Part shown: one piece after another, positions 8,368 through 15,883 of the stretch | Layout: every line of letters starts with the position of its first letter | Numbering within the stretch: the first letter of the stretch is position 1 | IMG/VR virus record: IMGVR_UViG_3300025131_000548 | DNA from: a virus | Length of the DNA stretch: 20,392 nt | Direction: 5' to 3' (one strand) | The notes under the pieces: model-generated | What the model was told of the DNA's origin: nothing | Database searches by the model: none | Seen by the model: only the letters and a program-made list of their open reading frames with translations | Translations under genes and position numbers: made by a program

Positions 8368-8532
8368 ATGGGAGTTACTGTAGAAAAGAGACAACATGAG
8401 TCTGTTGGGGCATTAATAAAAAGATTTACAAAACAGGTTCAAAAATCTGGGTTAATGGAAGAACTAAGATATCGTGAATTTTATGTAAAACCGTCTTTAA
8501 GAAAAAAATATCCAAAGAAGAAGATATGGTAA
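8368..8532 (+). CDS. rpsU: Phage-encoded ribosomal protein bS21 (54 aa; not in the ORF track)
   Basis: MGVTVEKRQHESVGALIKRFTKQVQKSGLMEELRYREFYVKPSLRKKYPKKKIW matches the bS21 pattern V-x5-E-S-x3-L-x-R-F-x6-G-x7-RE(F/Y)YxKPS. Confidence 0.9.
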   Translation: MGVTVEKRQHESVGALIKRFTKQVQKSGLMEELRYREFYVKPSLRKKYPKKKIW

Positions 8533-9284
8533 TCTCTAAAAAACAACTTCTCCTAACAAATAATGGAGAAATAGTATTATCAAAAAATTTAAAAGATAAG
8601 AATATTTTTTGGTGGAATGGAACTACATATAAACCTATACGAGTTATAGATGTAAAAGATTCAAAAGTAAATTTACATAAATTTATAACATCTCAAGGTC
8701 GTATAATAAACTGTCCTTTTAATACCAATTTTTTAGGAAATCCTAATTCCTCGTGGGTAAATTATTCTAAATTTAAAGACTTATCAATTCAATCAGTTCC
8801 GGGAGCTTCTAAAAAAACTACAGTAGCAGTGCTGGGGTACTTAAAGATTTTTGGAGACTCGTGGAAGAATAAATTAGATATAGATTGTTTAAAAAGCTCT
8901 TTTTATTTATTCCAGAATAAAAGACCAAATCCCTATACTAAATTAAATATAACATTAGCATTATCAAAATTAGCTGAATCCGATTTAAAATATGTTTTAA
9001 AACCTTTTCTTTCTGAAAAGATAATAAAACATCTAACTTCGTTTAGTAAAGATTTTCTCATAATGTTACTTAGTAGATTAGGTATTGCAGCTAATGGCCA
9101 TAGTGATCACTGTCCCTTAACCGAACCAGGAACAATAAGATTTAAAGGAAGTTTAACAGAACCTTTAAAATATGAAAATTTGAGATATGCTGGAAAAATA
9201 AATGAACCAGCTATAAAAATCCGTACAGAATTTCCCACAGATAATTTATTAATAGGTAGCTTTATATGCCAGACTCCAAGTTAA
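8526..9284 (+). CDS. Free-standing degenerate intein-like protein (Hint-N, decayed LAGLIDADG-like core, Hint-C)
   Basis: VISKKQLLLTNNGEIVLSKNLK is in register with intein block A (CLPRDTQVVKENGTSVSIDKLK of the adjacent TerL intein). GRIINCPFNTNFL...W sits at block B. LGYLKIFGD and TSFSKDFLIMLLSRLGI resemble DOD blocks C and H. The ending NLLIGSFICQT resembles block G. Confidence 0.6.
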   Translation: MVISKKQLLLTNNGEIVLSKNLKDKNIFWWNGTTYKPIRVIDVKDSKVNLHKFITSQGRIINCPFNTNFLGNPNSSWVNYSKFKDLSIQSVPGASKKTTVAVLGYLKIFGDSWKNKLDIDCLKSSFYLFQNKRPNPYTKLNITLALSKLAESDLKYVLKPFLSEKIIKHLTSFSKDFLIMLLSRLGIAANGHSDHCPLTEPGTIRFKGSLTEPLKYENLRYAGKINEPAIKIRTEFPTDNLLIGSFICQTPS

Positions 9285-11605
9285 CTAAAGACGATTTATT
9301 AGAAGTACAAATTCTTAGTGATCCAGTTTACTTCGCGGAAATTTATCTTCGTTCGCCTTCTGATCCTAAAAAATCTCTAGAACTTCGTCCTTATCAGAAA
9401 AAGATTTTACGTAGTAGAGCACAGAAGAGAGTTCTTAGAATGGGAAGAAGAACTGGAAAATCTGTTACATTAGCAATTGAAGCTATATGGAAAGCTTTTA
9501 CTTATACTGATAGAGAAATTTTAATTGTGGCTGGATATGATTCTCAAGTTCAAACTTTATTTAATCTTATTAATAGAATGACTAAAGATGCTCCTGAAAT
9601 TTCATCGTCTATAGCACGTACTAGAATGCGTCCTTATGAAATTTGGTTTAAAAATAATTCTGTAATACAGGGCTATGTCGGAAATAATTCAGTTCGTGGT
9701 AAATGTCTTCCTAGAGATACTCAAGTTGTAAAAGAAAATGGAACCTCTGTATCAATTGATAAATTAAAGGTTGGAGATGAAGTATTATCTATAGATTTAG
9801 AAACAGAAAAAAGTATTGTTGGAACAGTAGAAGCAATACACGATAATGGTATTAAGGAATTATATGAAGTTGAAACAGCTTCTGAAAGATTTCTAGTTGC
9901 TACTGCAAATCATAAAGTAATGACAATGGGCAGGGGATGGGCAGAAATTCAACAACTATATACTCAAGAAAAAGTTGATAGAGAGGCTGATTTTGTTTCT
10001 GTTGTTCATCCTAATGGAAAAGCATATTGGTCAAGAGTTAAAAGAGTAACAAAGCTTTCTCTGAAAAAAAGAACATTTGATTTAACAGTAACTCCCTCTC
10101 ATACATTTGTTGCCTATAAGAAAAATTCTAATAGTAAAGGAGCAGTAGCTGCCGGACCTTCTATAACTTCAGGTCAAAAAATAGAAGAAGGATTAGCTCC
10201 AGGAGGATTTTTAGTTCATAATTCAGCCAATGATTTATATATAGATGAGGTTGATTCTTTAACAAATGAGGCACTTGTTGAAGCTGTATTACCTATTTCT
10301 ACAACATATAAAGATACTAATCTTACAATATCAGGAACTCCAACAGGTAAAAGAGAATATTTTTATAACATTGTAAAACAACAAAAAGATCTTGGCTTCA
10401 ATGAATATTTTTTTCCATCCATGGTTAGCCCCGAATGGAATAAAGATAGAGAATTAGAATTAAAAGCAGTTACAACTGTTACACAGTTTGAACATGAATA
10501 TTTAGCACTATTTGGTACAGCTGCTGAAGGAGTTTTTAAAAATAATTTTATTGACTCAAATTTATATGTATATTCTTATTCTTCTCTTAGATACAATCCA
10601 GAAAATATTTATGTATTAGGAGTAGATTGGAATGAATCTAGATTTGGAGTTCAAGCAGTTGTTTTAGAGTATATGAATATTCCTGATTTATTAATACCTT
10701 ATAATGATGGAGAATGGAAAACACCAGATGGAGAATTAATTAATAAGATTGAAAAATCAAATGCTCTTAGAGTATTTTATGCCGATGCTATAGATCCTGC
10801 AGACTTTACTAATATGGGATCAGTAGAATTTATTTTAAAACTAATGAAAAAAATCAAATTTAATAAAATGGTTTTTGATCGTGGGCACGGTGAGGCAAAT
10901 TATGAAATGCTTAGACTTTCATTAGATAAGGGTGAAGGTCCCATGGGTACAAAGTGTACAAATATGAAGTATATGTTAGATAATATGGCATCAGTTGACA
11001 TGGGAGGATCTACGGAAATCATAGATAAGATCACAGGGATAGCAAGAAAAACTCCTACAAAAAATACAATGGTAAAAAATTTACAATTATTAAATGAAAG
11101 TGGACAGCTTATAATTCCTGCAGTTGATCTAAAAGGAAATACTGTAGAAAATGAAGAATTCAATTTAGTTGGCCAAATGAGAGGATATATTATCGATAGA
11201 GTTGGTAGATATGGAGAAGTTTATGCATCTACTGTACGCGATGGTCTAGACCATAGACTTGATGCTACAATGTTGGCCGCGTATGGTTATATGATGGATA
11301 CTTCAATTTTTCATAAAAGAGATATGGATGTAGTAATAGATAATGTTCCAGGACTTGAATTAGCTTTTACTAAAGGAGGTTGGAGATCTAATTTAGAAAA
11401 AATAAAAGATGTACCTAAAGTTTCTTCATTATCTGGAGCATTACTTTATGATCATGGATTTTGGAGTGGGGAAGGAGAGCCTCCTGAATATACACTAGAT
11501 AAAAATGGAACTCCTAAAAAAGTAGGAAGTAGATCAGTAAAGAGTAGAGGATTTTCCCATAAATCAAGAACATTAACTAGAAGTACTAAAGGGAGAAGTT
11601 TCTAA
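9266..11605 (+). CDS. terL: Terminase large subunit precursor containing a mini-intein
   Basis: LRPYQ adenine-binding motif, Walker A MGRRTGKS, Walker B LYIDE, coupling motif ISGTP, and nuclease motifs LGVDW, FDRG and DHRLDA. About 606 aa after splicing. Confidence 0.95.
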   Translation: MPDSKLTKDDLLEVQILSDPVYFAEIYLRSPSDPKKSLELRPYQKKILRSRAQKRVLRMGRRTGKSVTLAIEAIWKAFTYTDREILIVAGYDSQVQTLFNLINRMTKDAPEISSSIARTRMRPYEIWFKNNSVIQGYVGNNSVRGKCLPRDTQVVKENGTSVSIDKLKVGDEVLSIDLETEKSIVGTVEAIHDNGIKELYEVETASERFLVATANHKVMTMGRGWAEIQQLYTQEKVDREADFVSVVHPNGKAYWSRVKRVTKLSLKKRTFDLTVTPSHTFVAYKKNSNSKGAVAAGPSITSGQKIEEGLAPGGFLVHNSANDLYIDEVDSLTNEALVEAVLPISTTYKDTNLTISGTPTGKREYFYNIVKQQKDLGFNEYFFPSMVSPEWNKDRELELKAVTTVTQFEHEYLALFGTAAEGVFKNNFIDSNLYVYSYSSLRYNPENIYVLGVDWNESRFGVQAVVLEYMNIPDLLIPYNDGEWKTPDGELINKIEKSNALRVFYADAIDPADFTNMGSVEFILKLMKKIKFNKMVFDRGHGEANYEMLRLSLDKGEGPMGTKCTNMKYMLDNMASVDMGGSTEIIDKITGIARKTPTKNTMVKNLQLLNESGQLIIPAVDLKGNTVENEEFNLVGQMRGYIIDRVGRYGEVYASTVRDGLDHRLDATMLAAYGYMMDTSIFHKRDMDVVIDNVPGLELAFTKGGWRSNLEKIKDVPKVSSLSGALLYDHGFWSGEGEPPEYTLDKNGTPKKVGSRSVKSRGFSHKSRTLTRSTKGRSF
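9704..10222 (+). mobile_element. Mini-intein (173 aa, TerL residues 147-319) without an endonuclease domain
   Basis: Junctions SVRGK|CLPRDT and GGFLVHN|SANDLYIDE; block B TANH; block F RTFDLTV. Removing it restores RGKSANDLYIDE. Confidence 0.93.
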
Positions 11606-13776
11606 TGCCTGACGAACAATGGGTAGAAGATCTTAGATCAGAGCTTGATGATGCTGCAATTGCAGAATTGTCTAGCTTTTTCGATCGAATAGAACAACAC
11701 ACTACCCAACAGGGCAGAAATGAAACTAAATGGAGAGACCCAATTGCAGCATTAAAAAATAGAATACAGTCAGATGTTGCTGGTGATTCTAAAGTGAGTT
11801 CGGCTGCAAGATGGAAGGCTTTAACTTCTAAAATGTCTTCTTATGTTAGAAATGCTGCAAATTCTTTATATCCTCTAAATCCAATTTCACATAATAAAGG
11901 AACATTTCTTCCAATTAAATTTCAAGAGCTAAGAGACTTAATAAGTGGCTCAGCTTTTAATAATATTGTAATAGTAACTGATCCTGGAGATTCTAGTCTT
12001 GAAGGAGGAGATAAACTTGAAAAGGAAAAACTAGAAAATATTAATAAAGATTTAAAAACACGCAATAAAACCGAAGTTAGTTGGGTTAATCCCGAACCAG
12101 CCACTATGCTCTTCTCATATGATGATACTAATCCTTTCAGATTAGAAGATGCTGAATTAACTGGAGGAAAGAAACTTTATTTAGGTTTTCCAAAACTAGG
12201 TTTAGCATTTGATAAAACTATACAAGATAAACAGGACTTAGCAAATAATCCAAATGGTGGCGTTAAGTCTGCTGTGTTTTCTATAGAAACTAGTAGTATT
12301 ACATTGGAAGATAATATTTTAACAGTCTATTTTAAAGAAGAAAATTTACAAGAGATAAAGTCAGAATGGGCAAGTTTAATATCAGTCCCACTTAATGATT
12401 CTTCTAAAGATACTCACTTTATACTTGTTGGAAGATATGTATCTTTAGAAGACGCAGATCTAGATGGATATAAAAAGAATTTAATAGAAGGGGCTAAGAC
12501 TTATGGAGCTAATGGAATCTCTGATATGATTAACGGAGTTGGCGAGGCAATAGGAGGTTCTATCGATAGCATGGCTACCAAAGAATTTTATTGTTGTATC
12601 TTCTATGAATTAATACGCAGCTCTACCATAGCAGGGGTAACAGATGCTAAAATATATAAAGTGGACTCTGGAGGTAATATAATAATACGGACCAGATATG
12701 ACACTGTATCTGAATACGAGGCAGCATTTGCTGCTGGAGATCCAATAACTTTAGAAGAACTCTTAGAAAATCCAGCTATCTCTACACAGCATATAGAGAT
12801 GTTTTTAGAAGAACAGAGAATATGGCTTAGACAGCTACATGCTCTGCTAATGGCTTTAATTCCCTTATTAACTGGAGATTCTATGAATTTCAATTGGGAA
12901 GGATTTAAATTTAACATAGCAGCTATAATGCATACTTCAATAACTATAATGCTGGTTACAATGTTAAATGTTGTTCAACAGCATCTATTTGAACAAGCTG
13001 TACAATGGGGAAAAGAAAGAATAGAAGCATCGGATAATCCAAGTGTTGTCGCCCAATGTTTACCGTGGGAACAATTATTTATGTCACTTATAGTTGCTTT
13101 ATTTGGTCCAGATGGTTGGTCAAAAAATGTTAGAGAAATGATACTAAATATGCAAGACTATATGATGAAAAAAGCAAAAGAAGTTGCTGGTGAAGGAGAA
13201 GATGCATCAGTTACTGGAGAAAATCATCCATGGTTACCTAAGCTTAATGCAGCTATAGATGTTATAGAATGGTTATTAGATTTAAATGCACAAGCTTTTA
13301 TGATTTGTGCAACTCAAAGACCAGATAAGTATGAAGCCGATTCCGGAGCTGGGTCTGCTTCCGATTCTTCCAAGAATAAAGAGACTGGAGGACCATATGA
13401 ACCTTTTCCAACATCATCAACTATTGGAAGACGAACAGGAACAGGTCTTGAATATACAGACGGACGTGGTACTGTTGATATTAAAAAAACTTCTGATACA
13501 GGAGATGGGTCTAAAGATGGTTCATTTTACTCTCCTACAGGGGGCCTAGGCCGCCAGATTGACATAACTGGTGAGAAGATCAATCCCGTTTCTCTCTTAA
13601 TTGAGCAAAAAGATGAGGACGTGGCTAAATTTTTTGCACAATATATGGGTTTAACTCAAGAAGAAGCAAATGAAGCTGTAAGTAAGGCGAAAAAAGGAGA
13701 ATGTGTAAAAGCTTTAGGCGCCGATGAGATACAAGAACTTAAAAATGCTCTAACTAATGTAGGACTAGAATACTAA
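11605..13776 (+). CDS. Large hypothetical protein between terL and portal; probable virion-associated protein
   Basis: 723 aa, TAATG-coupled at both ends, acidic, with a hydrophobic helical block (LHALLMALIPLL...ITIMLVTMLNVV...LFMSLIVALFG). Confidence 0.6.
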   Translation: MPDEQWVEDLRSELDDAAIAELSSFFDRIEQHTTQQGRNETKWRDPIAALKNRIQSDVAGDSKVSSAARWKALTSKMSSYVRNAANSLYPLNPISHNKGTFLPIKFQELRDLISGSAFNNIVIVTDPGDSSLEGGDKLEKEKLENINKDLKTRNKTEVSWVNPEPATMLFSYDDTNPFRLEDAELTGGKKLYLGFPKLGLAFDKTIQDKQDLANNPNGGVKSAVFSIETSSITLEDNILTVYFKEENLQEIKSEWASLISVPLNDSSKDTHFILVGRYVSLEDADLDGYKKNLIEGAKTYGANGISDMINGVGEAIGGSIDSMATKEFYCCIFYELIRSSTIAGVTDAKIYKVDSGGNIIIRTRYDTVSEYEAAFAAGDPITLEELLENPAISTQHIEMFLEEQRIWLRQLHALLMALIPLLTGDSMNFNWEGFKFNIAAIMHTSITIMLVTMLNVVQQHLFEQAVQWGKERIEASDNPSVVAQCLPWEQLFMSLIVALFGPDGWSKNVREMILNMQDYMMKKAKEVAGEGEDASVTGENHPWLPKLNAAIDVIEWLLDLNAQAFMICATQRPDKYEADSGAGSASDSSKNKETGGPYEPFPTSSTIGRRTGTGLEYTDGRGTVDIKKTSDTGDGSKDGSFYSPTGGLGRQIDITGEKINPVSLLIEQKDEDVAKFFAQYMGLTQEEANEAVSKAKKGECVKALGADEIQELKNALTNVGLEY

Positions 13777-15539
13777 TGGCTAGATTCACTTTTCCATTTT
13801 TTGGTAAGAGTAAAACTTTAGAAGAAAAAGTTAATGATATTCTTACTAAACGAAATCGAAAGATTGAACAGTTAGCATATGCCCAAACTGCAGATGCAAC
13901 TACAAAATCAAATAGTATATCAAATATTTTAAAAGCACTTAAATCTAAAGTCTTAAGTGTAATTGCAGGCGGTAATCGAGGTATATTTATTACTCCTGAA
14001 TGGGACTTCAAAAAAGTACAACTTGCTTTTACTAATGAATCAATATTTAGACGATCAGTAGAAAAGTATGTAGAACAAATTAGAAAACATTCTTGGGAAT
14101 TTATAGGCAATAACCCCACTACGGTAGAGTATATAAGAAAAAGATTTAATCAAATGGCTATCGTTACTAATAAACCGACCGCTGAACTTTTTGATGAAAT
14201 TACTTTTAATATGGTATTATACTCTAATAGTATAATTACTAAACAGAGAAATAGAAAAGCTTCAGGAGGTAAAGAAAGAAAATCTTTTGATGGATTTACT
14301 AGAGTTCCTGTTGCGGGATATCAACCAGTTGATCCAAGTTCTGTTAAAGTAGATAGAGATAATTACGGAAATATAAGAAAGTGGAAACAAATTTCTGGAC
14401 AAAATCCAAGCAAACCTAAAGATCCTGCTTTTACACAATTCCTAATTAATAAGCCTCCACCCGGTATAAAGGATCCAGAATGGAGTCCTTATAATGTTAT
14501 TCATATTAAAGACAGAAGTGCCACTCCTTCGATGTTCTTTTTTTCAATGCCTATGTCAGTACCTGTTATTGCAGACATGGAAGCTCTTAGAGAATTAGAA
14601 GAATTATCTTTACTGGAATCAATTAAAGTTGCAATTCCTAAGTTACATGCTAAAGTAGGAAGTAAAGAGCAACCAGGTACACAAGAGCAGGTTGATGATT
14701 TAGCTTCAACTATTCAAAGTTTAACTGGTGATGGCGTATTAGTAACTTCAGAACGAGTATCAGTAGAAGATATAGCTAAAGCAACTAATGCTAATAATAT
14801 ATTAACTTCTTCTATAAATTATTTTAAAGCTAGAGTTTTAGCTGGTTTGGGAATGTCAGGAGTAGCTATGGGAGAAGGAGATTCAGCAAATCGTGCAACA
14901 GCTCAAGTAATTAGTTCTGAAATGCAGAGTACATCGGCAAAGTTTCAGCGTATTCTGAAAAATTCTATAGAATTTTTTATGATTACAGAATTATTATATG
15001 AATCAGGTTATACCGAATTTACTTTAAATGATGAGAATATGGTTTACTTGTCTATTCCTGAAGTTGATCTATCAGAGAAGATTAAAAGAGAAGCACATCA
15101 ACTTAATCTTTATATTAATAATGCTTTGACTGAGGAAGAATTACGAAAAGAATTAGGTAGAGATATTATTCTTCAACTAGAAAGAGAAGCAATGTATCTT
15201 AATAGAGTACAGATTCCTTTAGCAGAAGCTAAAGCATCTGCACTATCAGAGGCAGGTGAGAATTTGTCTAGTAATGTTTCTAGACCAACTAATCAACAAG
15301 GAACTCAACTATCTAAACCTAGCGTAACTAGAGATTATTATACTGAATTATGGAATCAGGCCTTAGGGACGCAAACTGTTATAGAGCTCGAAGATCTACT
15401 TACCGGGTCTAAGTTGGACCCGTATGACATAACTACTATGAAAATTATGTTACGAAGGCACTCTAATGGAGGTAACTTTAAAGAAGTAATAGGAACTGTT
15501 TTCGATACATTAGAAGCACAAATTATAAAGGATGCTTAA
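13776..15539 (+). CDS. Portal protein
   Basis: 587 aa between terL and the prohead protease, with portal-like segments FNMVLYSNSII, PVDPSSVKVDRD, VIHIKD, LAGLGMS..MGEGDSANRATA and NALTEEELRKELG. Confidence 0.85.
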   Translation: MARFTFPFFGKSKTLEEKVNDILTKRNRKIEQLAYAQTADATTKSNSISNILKALKSKVLSVIAGGNRGIFITPEWDFKKVQLAFTNESIFRRSVEKYVEQIRKHSWEFIGNNPTTVEYIRKRFNQMAIVTNKPTAELFDEITFNMVLYSNSIITKQRNRKASGGKERKSFDGFTRVPVAGYQPVDPSSVKVDRDNYGNIRKWKQISGQNPSKPKDPAFTQFLINKPPPGIKDPEWSPYNVIHIKDRSATPSMFFFSMPMSVPVIADMEALRELEELSLLESIKVAIPKLHAKVGSKEQPGTQEQVDDLASTIQSLTGDGVLVTSERVSVEDIAKATNANNILTSSINYFKARVLAGLGMSGVAMGEGDSANRATAQVISSEMQSTSAKFQRILKNSIEFFMITELLYESGYTEFTLNDENMVYLSIPEVDLSEKIKREAHQLNLYINNALTEEELRKELGRDIILQLEREAMYLNRVQIPLAEAKASALSEAGENLSSNVSRPTNQQGTQLSKPSVTRDYYTELWNQALGTQTVIELEDLLTGSKLDPYDITTMKIMLRRHSNGGNFKEVIGTVFDTLEAQIIKDA

Positions 15540-15883
15540 TGGAACACAACTATCTGGAGTTTAGATGTCCACAATGTGGTTCTTTATTATGTAAGTATGT
15601 TGATCAAGAAAAACCATATGCAGTTGAAATCAAATGTCAGAAAAGAGGTTGCTCTACAATTAATATTAGGGCAAACTGTGTTCCTACTAATTTATTAGAA
15701 TTAAGGTGTCAGCACATTGATGAAAAGAAATCAGAAAAATGGGGATCAACAACTATGTGTAATAAACTATTATCTAAGATTGTTCCAGGAACAAATATAG
15801 AAATTAAGTGCCCTAGGTGTAAAAATATGACAAGAAGTTTAGAGCAATTTCCAGCCTTACTACCAGAGACTACAAATGAGTAA
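15539..15883 (+). CDS. Tandem Mu Com-like zinc-ribbon protein
   Basis: Two units: EFRCPQCGSLLCK...EIKCQKRGC and ELRC...CNKLLSK...IEIKCPRC, matching the Com-family pattern RCxxCxKLL...EIKCPRC. Confidence 0.7.
   Translation: MEHNYLEFRCPQCGSLLCKYVDQEKPYAVEIKCQKRGCSTINIRANCVPTNLLELRCQHIDEKKSEKWGSTTMCNKLLSKIVPGTNIEIKCPRCKNMTRSLEQFPALLPETTNE

Noticed and set aside
8820-9100. Calling 8526-9284 an active LAGLIDADG homing endonuclease
   Set aside because: Only one degenerate motif with an Asp is visible and the second motif is not recognisable, so activity is unsupported.
9241-9284. Programmed -1 frameshift fusing the intein-like ORF to TerL
   Set aside because: The TerL frame has a TAG at 9257-9259 just upstream of its ATG, and no X XXY YYZ slippery site lies in the short shared window.
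13307-13549. 80-aa alternative-frame + strand ORF inside the 723-aa gene
   Set aside because: Fully nested, with no SD or motif; expected by chance.
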